A stretch of 64,000 bases of DNA, taken from positions 32,001-96,000 of IMG/VR virus record IMGVR_UViG_3300035670_000068; one strand, given 5' to 3'. This DNA is from a virus. A program made the translations under genes and the position numbers. Positions 1-8,627 of the stretch are shown in pieces; the first letter of the stretch is position 1, and each line of letters begins with the position of its first letter. The notes under the pieces are model-generated. The model was not told the origin of the DNA. It saw nothing but the letters and a program-made list of their open reading frames with translations, and searched no databases.

Positions 1-571
1 CAGCGCCCTTCTCTTCCTCGTCGTCGCCCAGGATCGAGTCGATCTCGACCTCGACTTTCTCGGCGGTGAGGTGGGAGAAGTAGCCGGCCAGCTCTTCCTC
101 GTCGATGGGCATGGTCATCAGCAGCTCTTCGGCGCTGCCGATCTCCGGGTCTTGCAGCAGCGCAGAGAAGCGCAGCGCGTCGTCGGAGCCGTAGCGGAAG
201 TTGTCGATCAGAGTCTCGCGCTTGGCGTCGGCATCGCTGATCTTGCCGCGATTGATAACCGGCACTCGGTCGTAGCCCAGAGAGATAGCCGCCATCGTGC
301 GGTGCTGGCCGCCGATGATTTCCAGGGAGCCGTCTTCCAGGGTGCGAACCACGATGGGCCGCTTGATCCCGTCTTTCTGGATCGATGCCTCCAGCTTGAG
401 CTGGTTGATCGGGTCCACGATGTTCGGGTTCCAGGGGTTCGGACGCAGGTCTTTCGGGTTGACCTCTTCCACCTGCATATCGTTGTACGCCAGTGGCAGG
501 TCAGCCGGGGTCAGACCACCCGAGTTCAGGAATGCGTCCAGGTCTTCCAGGTCAGAAAAATCAGTGTTCAT
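1..571 (-). CDS. ParB/Srx-like N-terminal domain protein (3' end outside window)
   Basis: Manual translation MNTDFSDLED...LRPNPWNPN...GIKRPIVVR...EIIGGQHRTMAA; matches the ParBc pattern; not in ORF track because it is truncated. Confidence 0.8.
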   Translation of the reverse strand, partial: MNTDFSDLEDLDAFLNSGGLTPADLPLAYNDMQVEEVNPKDLRPNPWNPNIVDPINQLKLEASIQKDGIKRPIVVRTLEDGSLEIIGGQHRTMAAISLGYDRVPVINRGKISDADAKRETLIDNFRYGSDDALRFSALLQDPEIGSAEELLMTMPIDEEELAGYFSHLTAEKVEVEIDSILGDDEEEKGA

Positions 572-651
572 TGAATTGCCTTGTTGGTGAACTTAACTAA
601 CCACATAGTTATGCTAGAATAACTCTTGACAGTGTTAATCGGAAGTGTTCC

Positions 652-2343
652 ATGTCCAAATTCGTCAAGATTGTGTTCAACCCGGTCATCGCAGCCCTGG
701 TTGAGCCAGATCGTGATGCCAAGCTCCTGGTCAACGATCTTCTGACCTACAAGATCGAGACCGGCATGAAGGGCATGGGCGTAGCTCACGGCTCGATGTT
801 CGATATGAACAAGTGCCGTTTCCCGACAGGCTTCGTTCGCCTGGTCACGAAGAAGCTCGAAGGCGCCGGGTATCGTGTGCAGGTGGTTGGTAAGCCCGCT
901 CCTGAACCTGCAGGCCCGTCCAACCCGGTTGTTGACTCGAACGCGCCGGACCCGCGCTACGACTATCAAGAAGAGACGATGAATCGTCTGGTCGTGCTCA
1001 AGCGCATGATTGCCCAGATCGCAACGGGCGGCGGTAAGTCTCGCACGTTCAAGCTGTGCTGCGAGCGCATCGCCCTCCCCACTCTGTTCCTGACCACTCG
1101 CAAGTCGCTGATGTACCAGATGGCTGCCGGCTATCGAACTGTGAAGTCTGGCCGCCCCGTTGGATTTATCGGTGACGGCCACTGGAAGCCCGAGCCGACC
1201 GGCGTGAACTTCGCCATCGTCGATACCCTGGTTTCTCGTCTTGAGGTCTGCTCTTTCGAGAGCGAGCTGGACAAGGCCGTCACCAAGCACGTCGAGGCGG
1301 TCGAGAAAGAAGTCCAGGCCGCGCTCAAGCGATTCAAGCTGCCGACGAACCCATCGACTCTGCGTCACGCCGACAAGGACACTCTGGCCAAGATCGCCAG
1401 CGTGAGATCGCGCGTGGAGCTTGCGAAGAAGCTCGACGAGAAGGCTCTTCAGGAGAAGATCAAGCGTAAGGTCGAAAAGCAGCAGGCTATTCGCGAAGAA
1501 ACTCTGCAGTTTCTGGCTCAGGTCGGATTCTTGTGCCTCGAAGAAGCGCACGAAGTCTCCGGTCAGGGCTTCTTCGATCTCTGCAACTCGATGCCGAACG
1601 CCCACTACCGCCTGGCTCTGACCGCAACCCCATTCATGAAGGACAGCGAAGAGGCTAATCTGCGCCTCATGGCGGTCACTGGAACGATCGGCATCAAGGT
1701 CAGCGAGAAAGACCTGATCGACCGGGGCATCTTGGCCAAGCCTTACTTCATGATCATGCCGTCGAAGCGCCCAGATGGAGTTTTGCGGGGAACCGCTTGG
1801 CAGGCCGCCTACGAACGCGGAATCGTCTCCAACACGGGCCGCAACATGCAGATCGTCCAGGCTGTTCAGATGGCCCGGCGTTATGGTCTGACCGCGATCA
1901 TCCTGGTGCAGCGAACCAAGCACGGCGAAGAGCTCAAGACCCTACTCAGCAACATCGGCGCTCGAACCGACTTCATCTACGGCGAGAACGAGCAGTCTGA
2001 GCGTCAGGCCGCCCTGGACAAGCTCGGCGCCGGCGAGATCGATGTGCTGATCGGCACCACAATTCTCGACGTTGGTGTGGACTGCCCATCTGTCGGCATG
2101 GTGATTCTCGCCGGTGGCGGCAAAGCAGAAGTGGCTCAGCGCCAGCGAATCGGTCGCGGCCTGCGTGCGAAGAAGTCCGGCCCCAACGTCTGCTTTGTGG
2201 TCGACTTCGACGATGTGTGGAACAACCACACTCACGGCCACTCGGTCGAGCGTCGCAGGATTATCGAATCGACGCCTGGGTTCGCCGAGAACATCGTCCC
2301 CTACTTCGATTTCGAAGGATTGGGCTTCAAGAGAGCCGCCTAA
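652..2343 (+). CDS. Superfamily 2 DNA helicase (UvsW/Rad25-like)
   Basis: Walker A ATGGGKS, motif II EEAH, motif III LTATP, DVGVDCP, motif VI QRIGRGLR. Confidence 0.9.
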   Translation: MSKFVKIVFNPVIAALVEPDRDAKLLVNDLLTYKIETGMKGMGVAHGSMFDMNKCRFPTGFVRLVTKKLEGAGYRVQVVGKPAPEPAGPSNPVVDSNAPDPRYDYQEETMNRLVVLKRMIAQIATGGGKSRTFKLCCERIALPTLFLTTRKSLMYQMAAGYRTVKSGRPVGFIGDGHWKPEPTGVNFAIVDTLVSRLEVCSFESELDKAVTKHVEAVEKEVQAALKRFKLPTNPSTLRHADKDTLAKIASVRSRVELAKKLDEKALQEKIKRKVEKQQAIREETLQFLAQVGFLCLEEAHEVSGQGFFDLCNSMPNAHYRLALTATPFMKDSEEANLRLMAVTGTIGIKVSEKDLIDRGILAKPYFMIMPSKRPDGVLRGTAWQAAYERGIVSNTGRNMQIVQAVQMARRYGLTAIILVQRTKHGEELKTLLSNIGARTDFIYGENEQSERQAALDKLGAGEIDVLIGTTILDVGVDCPSVGMVILAGGGKAEVAQRQRIGRGLRAKKSGPNVCFVVDFDDVWNNHTHGHSVERRRIIESTPGFAENIVPYFDFEGLGFKRAA

Positions 2344-2355
2344 TAGCCCACGAAT

Positions 2356-2380
2356 ACCCCACGAATGCGGGGTTTTTGTT
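2356..2380 (+). terminator. Probable intrinsic terminator
   Basis: ACCCCAC-GAAT-GCGGGGT followed by a T tract after the helicase stop. Confidence 0.55.
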
Positions 2381-2485
2381 GGTGAATCAAAAAAATCTCA
2401 AAAAAGCTGTTGCATACCCGAGAGTCGCTGTGTAAATTTTGCATCGTGTTCAGTAAGCAGTTAGTTAGCGAAGACGGAGACAGCG

Positions 2486-3022
2486 ATGAAGTTCTATGTG
2501 GGCTGCGGCTCTACAGAAGCTCCACCGCAAATCCTCAAGCTGATGTGCAAGCTGGCAGCTCTGATGGATCAACGAGGGTTCACCCTCAGAACCTCAGAGC
2601 AACCTGGGCCGGATGAAGCGTTCAGGCAAGGATCGGGCGGTAAGTTCTTCACCTACCTGGCCGATCAGGACTTCGAAGGGAAAAGCGTGTGGGGTATCCC
2701 CGCCGACATAACCTTCGGTGGAGCACGCTCGGTCCTTGCCCGAAAGCTGAACCCGATGTTTGTGATGCTCCCGGATAGCGAAAAGCGCTGGGAGATCGTA
2801 GCGAATCAGGTGCTGCTCGGTAGCTCAGGCGACGACCTCGCGAAGCTGCTGATTACTTGGACAAAGGACGGCGCGACGAAGCCTGCAGAGTTCACCGAGA
2901 ACACTGGCAACGTCGCAAGGTATCTGAAACTGGCTGATCGCTTCGGCGTGCCGGTGATGAATCTGGCCCGTCGAGATCACCGGGACAAGGCGCTGTCTTG
3001 GCTTGGGTTGAAAAGTAAGTAA
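2486..3022 (+). CDS. Phage DprA/SLOG-like protein
   Basis: N-terminus YVGCGSTEAP...GFTLRTS..GPDEAF resembles phage YAGIGSRETP..LRSGGA.GAD SLOG proteins. Confidence 0.6.
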   Translation: MKFYVGCGSTEAPPQILKLMCKLAALMDQRGFTLRTSEQPGPDEAFRQGSGGKFFTYLADQDFEGKSVWGIPADITFGGARSVLARKLNPMFVMLPDSEKRWEIVANQVLLGSSGDDLAKLLITWTKDGATKPAEFTENTGNVARYLKLADRFGVPVMNLARRDHRDKALSWLGLKSK

Positions 3023-3048
3023 CCGCTTAAATAGAAGGAAAATGTCTC

Positions 3049-3483
3049 ATGCTGGGCAAACTGTTTGGTAAAGGTCGCGAAGCTCGTGCTGCTGTGGCCA
3101 AGCTGGAAAACCGCGACATGATGCAAGCTGCTGTCTACGGCTGCTTCTACGTCGCCTCCGCCGATGGCGAGATCGAAGCTGCAGAGCTGGCGAAGGTCGA
3201 GTCTCTGCTGCGCAACAACCCGGCTCTGTCCGCCTTCGGCGTCGAGCTGAGCAAGGTCATCGATCAGGCCAAAGCTGACTTCCAGGAAGGCGGCGCCCGC
3301 ATCATCCGCATGAACGCCGAGCGCGAGCTGGCTGATCTGGCTCACGATCCGAAGTCTGCCGAAACCGTCCTCAACTTCATGCTGACCGTCTCCGAAGCGG
3401 ACGGCGAGATCGAGGACGCCGAAATGCACGCCCTGGAGCGCGCTGCCGGCAAGATGAACCTGCGTCTCAAGGACTACCTGTGA
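3049..3483 (+). CDS. TerB-family (tellurite-resistance-like) protein
   Basis: Two ADGEIE motifs (VASADGEIEAAE, VSEADGEIEDAE); AAGGA RBS. Confidence 0.85.
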   Translation: MLGKLFGKGREARAAVAKLENRDMMQAAVYGCFYVASADGEIEAAELAKVESLLRNNPALSAFGVELSKVIDQAKADFQEGGARIIRMNAERELADLAHDPKSAETVLNFMLTVSEADGEIEDAEMHALERAAGKMNLRLKDYL

Positions 3484-3734
3484 TCAACAAGATCGCCGGT
3501 GTGTTCGGCACGAAGTTCACCGAGAAGGGTAAGCGGTTCGTCAAGGTTCTGCTTATCGTCTGGGCGCTCTTCATGGTCGTCAGCTTCGTAGCAACCCGGC
3601 TCTTCGCCTGGGGCGTCTGCGAGTGGTACGGCAGTGAGACGGGTCGTGAAGTTCGCTACGCAACCTTCATCGGTTGCATGGTGAAAGTGAACGATACCTG
3701 GGTGCCGCGAAACGAACTTCGCATCGTGCAGTGA
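3480..3734 (+). CDS. Small membrane protein
   Basis: GTGA overlap with the terB stop; one hydrophobic helix. Confidence 0.7.
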   Translation: MINKIAGVFGTKFTEKGKRFVKVLLIVWALFMVVSFVATRLFAWGVCEWYGSETGREVRYATFIGCMVKVNDTWVPRNELRIVQ

Positions 3735-3840
3735 CGGTTTCGAGCCTTTGTCCGCAACAAAGGCTCCATCTGAAAACCTACTGGCTGCTCAAAAGGGCTT
3801 GCCATGACCCGGACTCCACAGTCAGTAGGTTTTCAGATGT

Positions 3841-3917
3841 TGGTGCGTAGCTCAGTTGGTAGTAGCAGGTGACTGTTAATCACCAGGTCGAAGGTTCGAG
3901 CCCTTCCGCACCAGCCA
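3841..3917 (+). tRNA. tRNA-Asn(GTT)
   Basis: Acceptor TGGTGCG/CGCACCA, G discriminator, encoded CCA, anticodon loop CTGTTAA, GTTCGA T-loop. Confidence 0.95.
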
Positions 3918-3929
3918 GTTTGTTTTTGC

Positions 3930-4006
3930 CGGCGCATAGCTCAACTGGACAGAGCATCGGGCTTCTATCCCGTTGGTTGTAGGTTCGAGTCCTACTGCGT
4001 CGGCCA
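3930..4006 (+). tRNA. tRNA-Arg(TCT)
   Basis: Acceptor CGGCGCA/TGCGTCG, loop CTTCTAT, GTTCGAG, CCA end. Confidence 0.93.
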
Positions 4007-4027
4007 CTTGAGATAGAGAGGTTGAAG

Positions 4028-4210
4028 ATGGAAGTGTTGTCTGGCGGTATCGCCACTCTGATGAACGCGCACGACGCCTATAGCGTCAACGCCCCGATTC
4101 ACGAAGCGGAAGGCAATCATGAGCAGGCTCAGTTCTGCCGCGATATGGCTGCCGACCTGCAGCTTTCCATCGTTGCTCTCAAGATGGTTCAGAGTTCCGA
4201 GCCGGTATAG
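4028..4210 (+). CDS. Small hypothetical protein inside the tRNA cluster
   Basis: GAGG RBS, 60 codons, stop lies within the first bases of tRNA-Thr. Confidence 0.5.
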   Translation: MEVLSGGIATLMNAHDAYSVNAPIHEAEGNHEQAQFCRDMAADLQLSIVALKMVQSSEPV

Positions 4211-4276
4211 CTCAGTTGGTAGAGCAGCTGCTTTGTAAGCAGAGGGTCGTGGGTTCGAAACCTACTGCCGGCACCA
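4201..4276 (+). tRNA. tRNA-Thr(TGT)
   Basis: Acceptor GCCGGTA/TGCCGGC, loop TTTGTAA, CCA end. Confidence 0.95.
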
Positions 4277-4283
4277 GAGCAAT

Positions 4284-4359
4284 GCGTAGGTAGCTCAAAT
4301 GGGAGAGCGACGGATTCCAAATCCGTTGGTTGGTGGTTCGACTCCATCCCTGCGCGCCA
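4284..4359 (+). tRNA. tRNA-Trp(CCA)
   Basis: Acceptor GCGTAGG/CCTGCGC, anticodon arm ACGGA-TTCCAAA-TCCGT, CCA end. Confidence 0.93.
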
Positions 4360-4360
4360 G

Positions 4361-4750
4361 ACACCCCTGACCGGGTGGCCCTGAAAGACCTGGATGACTA
4401 CAGGTATCGCTCAGGCTGATGCAGTCGCCCCGAGGGGCTTTCAGCAAGAGAGTGGGCAGTCGAGCGTAAAGCCGCTCAATGCGGAAGGTGAGCTTCCTTA
4501 TCCGAAAGGACGACCGTGGCGACGGGCAACGCAACCCTCCTGGCCGGGTAAAAGACCAGGAAGAGCAACTGCGGTACGTTCGTGGCTGGTGTCATGAGTC
4601 TGCTAGGGTAAGGTGGCTTTCGTGCCGAGCCCAACGTGCAGAGCCGGCCTGCCACCACGAATGAAGGGCGTTTTTTCTCCTTTTACGCCCGAGCAAAGGC
4701 CGGCTACCTCCTGACCTGTCGCCCCGGCAGGAACGAAACTCGCGGGGCTT
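4361..4750 (+). ncRNA. Candidate large structured non-coding RNA (unclassified)
   Basis: No credible ORF; dense hairpins, long-range helices and a crossing pair; sits between tRNA-Trp and a terminator. Confidence 0.6.
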
Positions 4751-4753
4751 CCC

Positions 4754-4800
4754 AGCCCTGGTCTGACACCTCACCCAATCGTCAGACCAGGGCTTTTTTC
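4754..4800 (+). terminator. Intrinsic terminator of the tRNA/ncRNA operon
   Basis: AGCCCTGGTCTGAC...GTCAGACCAGGGCT followed by a T tract. Confidence 0.85.
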
Positions 4801-4968
4801 GTCTGTCAGAAAGCAGCAGCTCGAACAGCGTGGCAAGCGCTCAGATTTGCGCTGTGCTGCGCGATCTCTCTTGACGTGCATCGACGTAGCGCTAGAAAAG
4901 AAAAACGCTCAGAGCGCGAACCCTGAGCGTTTCTGTGAAGCTGGAGATCGATCGTTAGGCGAGCGCTT

Positions 4969-5442
4969 TCATACGAACCCCCAGCTCTCGATATCGAAGG
5001 TCTTGATGCGACCACCAGAGAAGCAGTCCAGCTCGCAGGCCACCTTGACCGCTTCGGTAGCAGACTTGCCCAGAGACATTGCTGCCATCGCGAAGTCTGT
5101 ACCGCTACCGATGGCCACCGGGCTCTCAGTCGGCATGGGGACCAGACGATGCTCCAGGACGAACGCTTCGCCAGTCTCCAGGATCAGCAGGCCGCTCATT
5201 TCACCCGGCTCGAACTCGGGGATCATTTCGCAGTCGTGCAGATCGTTGCCTTCCAGGTGCTTCTTGAGCAGCAGGATCGACTCGTAGCTGCCGGCGCCAG
5301 CGAGAACAGCTTTAACTTCGACACCGTTGGCGCGAGTGACCAGCGGGAAAATCTTCTGGGTGGACTTGGCTGAGATCAGGTTGCCGAGCGTTGCGCGACC
5401 ATCAGCGGCCAGGAACTGTCCGTCGAATGCGACTGTGGTCAT
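4969..5442 (-). CDS. HslV/proteasome-beta-like Ntn-hydrolase
   Basis: Real start MTTVAFDG..LAADGRAT (N-terminal Thr nucleophile), AIGSGTDFA, LDCFSGG. Confidence 0.8.
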   Translation of the reverse strand: MTTVAFDGQFLAADGRATLGNLISAKSTQKIFPLVTRANGVEVKAVLAGAGSYESILLLKKHLEGNDLHDCEMIPEFEPGEMSGLLILETGEAFVLEHRLVPMPTESPVAIGSGTDFAMAAMSLGKSATEAVKVACELDCFSGGRIKTFDIESWGFV

Positions 5443-5684
5443 CAGAAGCCCTCCGGGCAGGCGACAGCGCGAGTGATCGCCATGAAGCCCTTCTGCAGAT
5501 CGGTCGTGCCGATGCTCAGCCAGCGCATATCGATCTGGTGTCCGCCAGTTTGGTAGTGAGTCGCTTCCAGGTAGGTGATCAGGTCTTTCACCTCCTGGGC
5601 CTTGGCCTTGATCTTGTTGATGCAATCGATCTCGTCCTCGGTCAGATCGCGATAGCCCTTGATCAGACGATGCTGATTATCCAT
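5442..5684 (-). CDS. acb2: Anti-CBASS cyclic-nucleotide sponge Acb2
   Basis: MDNQHRLIKGYRDLTEDEI...RWLSIGTTDLQKGFMAITRAVACPEGF closely matches recalled Pseudomonas phage Acb2 (MDNQHKKIKGYRDLS...[27 protein letters not shown]). Confidence 0.9.
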   Translation of the reverse strand: MDNQHRLIKGYRDLTEDEIDCINKIKAKAQEVKDLITYLEATHYQTGGHQIDMRWLSIGTTDLQKGFMAITRAVACPEGF

Positions 5685-5703
5685 TCCGCCACCTACTGCA
5701 AAG

Positions 5704-5721
5704 TAACTAAGTAGTTAGTAT
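5704..5721. promoter_or_regulatory. 18-bp palindromic operator-like site (representative of ~25 copies)
   Basis: TAACTAA-GTAG-TTAGTAT between the divergent acb2 and glutaredoxin genes. Confidence 0.7.
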
Positions 5722-5757
5722 TATATCACTTTGCCGAATATGCCCATAAGGAGCCCT

Positions 5758-6030
5758 ATGTTCACCGTTTATTCCATGCCCAACTGCCCGGACTGCATGA
5801 ACGCCAAAAACCTGCTCAAGCGAGAAGGCATGGAGTTCCAAGAGAAGGTCGCTGGCCAAGATTTCACGCGCGAAGAGCTGGTAGACCTGATCGGCCCGGT
5901 ACGCACTCTCCCGCAGATCACTCGCTCTACCGAAGAGGGTCTGTTTCACATCGGCGGCTATCGTGATTTGGTGGCTCTGATGAACGGCGGAGGCTCTACC
6001 GTGCGCAAAATCGAGCAGCCGGTCGTCTGA
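5758..6030 (+). CDS. Glutaredoxin (NrdH/NrdC-like)
   Basis: CPDC active site, TLPQI, HIGGY; AAGGAG RBS. Confidence 0.9.
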   Translation: MFTVYSMPNCPDCMNAKNLLKREGMEFQEKVAGQDFTREELVDLIGPVRTLPQITRSTEEGLFHIGGYRDLVALMNGGGSTVRKIEQPVV

Positions 6031-6230
6031 TCGTTGTGTCAAAAATTCGCGATGTTGGTTGCTGAAACCTCTTTTAGCCTCTAACGTGCGCGGCCTTTGC
6101 GGTTTGTTCTCCACACTATCCCGCATCCCCGAACCAAGGCAGAACCAGACTTGGTTCGGGTTTTTTCCCGCCTAGACTTCTTCGCGTCTATAACGGTGAC
6201 AGAGCAACCACGAAAAACGAGGTATCTGTC

Positions 6231-6452
6231 ATGCACTTTCTTATCGCAACCAGCCCGCAAGGTCATCGACTGGTTGACTTCGGCGACGAGATCATGAGGC
6301 TCAAAACCTCGATGAACGCCTACCTGGAGAGCCATATCGGCCACCAGCCGGCGATCTTTAACGAAAAAATGGTTCGGGACGCTTTCCTCTGTGACGAGTA
6401 CGGCGTCCCGATTCAAGACGACGGATATCTGATCCGTCTCGACGATCTCTGA
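6231..6452 (+). CDS. Hypothetical protein
   Basis: GAGG RBS, 73 aa. Confidence 0.55.
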   Translation: MHFLIATSPQGHRLVDFGDEIMRLKTSMNAYLESHIGHQPAIFNEKMVRDAFLCDEYGVPIQDDGYLIRLDDL

Positions 6453-6467
6453 CAGGATCGAGGAAGG

Positions 6468-7205
6468 TTAGGCGTTCAGCTTCGCTCTGCTGAGCGCCTG
6501 GCTTGCCAGCTTAGAGACCAGCCCGCCGTTTGCTTTGCTTCTTGCCTGCAGAGCGTTCTCCCGCAAAACAGCCCCCTTCGCAATGAAGTCAGCCACGTCA
6601 TCGTTCAGAACGCTCACGCGCATGGCTTCGTCACGCATGATCAGCAGCTCACCCTCGGACACTTCTCGATAGGGATCGGGGTCGTCTCGATTGATCCGGC
6701 TCTCGATGACCAAGGCTGTAGCGATGCGAGAGATCAGCAGCTCCTGGTCTGCAGCAACCTTTCTGTCGCTCCCAATCGTGACGCTCTTTGTCTTGCCCAC
6801 CAAGGGCGAGTACACGCTGCAATACATGAACGGGGTAGCGTCAACCACCTTCCAGTGCAGCTTCACACGGTCGCTGAGCATGATCGGCTGCGCGTGCTTG
6901 CACTGAGCGTCGTTGCGGTTGACCAGCTTCACTGCTTTGCCGACCTTCTTGAGCTGGCCAAGCTCGGACTCGATACGCCGGATGACTGCAGCCAGGCTTT
7001 CAGCCGGATCGACGCCGGCATCAGATACCGAGCCGGAAATCAGCACCTGACCCTTGCGCTCGATCTTGATCTGCCAGGAATTGCTCTTGTAGTTCCGGGC
7101 GACACCTCGCGGAACGAGCATGAGCCTGTCGTTGACTTCGATTTGACGCGCCGGGAACTTGGTATCGCCGATTACCAGGTGCTGAGCTTGTTTGCTTTCG
7201 GACAT
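6468..7205 (-). CDS. Hypothetical protein
   Basis: 245-aa ORF with AGG RBS. Confidence 0.7.
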   Translation of the reverse strand: MSESKQAQHLVIGDTKFPARQIEVNDRLMLVPRGVARNYKSNSWQIKIERKGQVLISGSVSDAGVDPAESLAAVIRRIESELGQLKKVGKAVKLVNRNDAQCKHAQPIMLSDRVKLHWKVVDATPFMYCSVYSPLVGKTKSVTIGSDRKVAADQELLISRIATALVIESRINRDDPDPYREVSEGELLIMRDEAMRVSVLNDDVADFIAKGAVLRENALQARSKANGGLVSKLASQALSRAKLNA

Positions 7206-7303
7206 TTTTCTACCTGTGTGTTATTCGCTGAGTTTTACGGCCAATATATTTGGCTCTGTTCTATAAAGCGTTATGTCGCAAAGTATATAGTGTTAAAACC
7301 GTT

Positions 7304-7693
7304 TTAGAAACCTTCTTGTCCCCATCCAGTGCCAGGCATTTCGTAGCTGTAGTACAGGCCGATCTCTTCGTAGGTCGGGATCGCCAGTGCGCAGTCATCT
7401 TCCTCTGCAGGGTGAGCGAACCGAGTCTTGCGAATCGGACAGACCGGGAACTCGCCCTTCTCAGTGCGCACCTGGAGAATGCCGTCGCGACCCGAGATCA
7501 CGATCTCACCCTCTGGGTAGAAGTAGTGAGCGATCTTGATCCAGCCAGTCTTCGCTTCTCTGCGAGCCTTTTCTTCTGATTCGCGCTCCTTCCGGCACTC
7601 GTCGCACTCTTCCTTCAGATAGCCGCCCATTTCATGCCCAGAGCGCACAGAGGGCGTATTTGCAGCGGTCGCGTACACGCATTTACAGGTCAT
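7304..7693 (-). CDS. Hypothetical protein (Cys pairs)
   Basis: Overlaps the upstream gene in an operon; CxC and CxxC. Confidence 0.6.
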   Translation of the reverse strand: MTCKCVYATAANTPSVRSGHEMGGYLKEECDECRKERESEEKARREAKTGWIKIAHYFYPEGEIVISGRDGILQVRTEKGEFPVCPIRKTRFAHPAEEDDCALAIPTYEEIGLYYSYEMPGTGWGQEGF

Positions 7694-8102
7694 GTTTGTC
7701 TACCTTCTTGAACAACGTCGGACTGATGGTTTCTTCGCCATTGGTGATCGTCTGAAAGCCTTTGCCTAGCAGGTGATCACGCAGACGATGGTTGTTGATC
7801 GACTCGACCACTACAGCGTCGTAACCCCGGAGGCGAGCGAGCATCTTCAGGTTCTCCAGCAGCTCTTTGAAAATGCTCTGGCTTCTGCGACGAGGGTCTA
7901 CCTCAATGGTCGCTATCGTGATCACCTTCAGCATTTCGCCCTTGCACATGCGAACCTGAGCCCGAGCGTAGAGGTTGATCGGCGCGTAGCAGAGCCATCC
8001 AGACTTGGACGAGAAGTAGTTCTTGGCGCTTATGTCGTCGATCATCTGCTCCACATTGCGAACGATGAACCCGATAGCGCCTTTGGCTTCCAGATCAATC
8101 AT
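7683..8102 (-). CDS. GNAT-like acetyltransferase
   Basis: IATIEVDPRRRSQSIFKELL..YDAVVVESINN resembles GNAT motifs A and B. Confidence 0.55.
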   Translation of the reverse strand: MIDLEAKGAIGFIVRNVEQMIDDISAKNYFSSKSGWLCYAPINLYARAQVRMCKGEMLKVITIATIEVDPRRRSQSIFKELLENLKMLARLRGYDAVVVESINNHRLRDHLLGKGFQTITNGEETISPTLFKKVDKHDL

Positions 8103-8406
8103 GTTTGCTCACCAACCTGTAGATATCCTGCTCGTACAGCGAGTTCGGATAAATCGCTTCGCCCTGAGCCAGACAAGTGTGTATATCGCGCAGCAGCTCA
8201 AGCGCCTTTTCCAGCGTGACTCTCGCCGGTTCCTGGCTCAGCTTGTTGATCTTGCCCTTGAGTCTGGCGATCTCAGCCTTCTGTTCGAAGATTAGCTCCT
8301 GGTCACGCGCCCAAGCCGCTTGCGCTGTTTCGAGAGTGTTGGGAGCTTGTTCGCCACGCGCAAACTGAGCGCTATGTGCTCGCCAATCGATTGGTTTGTC
8401 GGTCAT
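8095..8406 (-). CDS. Hypothetical protein
   Basis: Coupled operon ORF. Confidence 0.6.
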   Translation of the reverse strand: MTDKPIDWRAHSAQFARGEQAPNTLETAQAAWARDQELIFEQKAEIARLKGKINKLSQEPARVTLEKALELLRDIHTCLAQGEAIYPNSLYEQDIYRLVSKHD

Positions 8407-8627
8407 GGCAGTTCCTCAAAGTGGTCTGAGTGAAGCATGTAACGGTTAAGCGACCCTTCGACCTCGACAGCCCAGAAGTCCTCCGAATCGATGTAATCGC
8501 TATCGCTGACCCAGGTGATTTTGGTTTCAGCAGCGCACTTGGCGTCTTCCTCAGAAGTGACCAAACCCCCTCTCCAGCCCTCCCGTGAGAGCTTTACGCG
8601 CTGACCTACAAATGGCTTGCTCTTCAC
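8403..8627 (-). CDS. Hypothetical protein
   Basis: Coupled operon ORF. Confidence 0.6.
   Translation of the reverse strand: MKSKPFVGQRVKLSREGWRGGLVTSEEDAKCAAETKITWVSDSDYIDSEDFWAVEVEGSLNRYMLHSDHFEELP

Noticed and set aside
3049-3483. Tellurite resistance operon
   Set aside because: Lone terB-like gene with no other ter genes; such singletons are common in phages.
3841-4359. tRNA genes as a prophage attachment site or host chromosome boundary
   Set aside because: No integrase or duplicated tRNA 3' end is seen, and phage-type genes and the palindromic sites continue on both sides.
4361-4750. RNase P RNA, tmRNA or hammerhead ribozyme
   Set aside because: Only fragmentary resemblance (CTGAAAGACC, CCGAGCAAAGGCC). 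There is no full GAGGAAAGTCC core, no tRNA-like ends with a tag ORF, and no CTGANGA/GAAA core in register.
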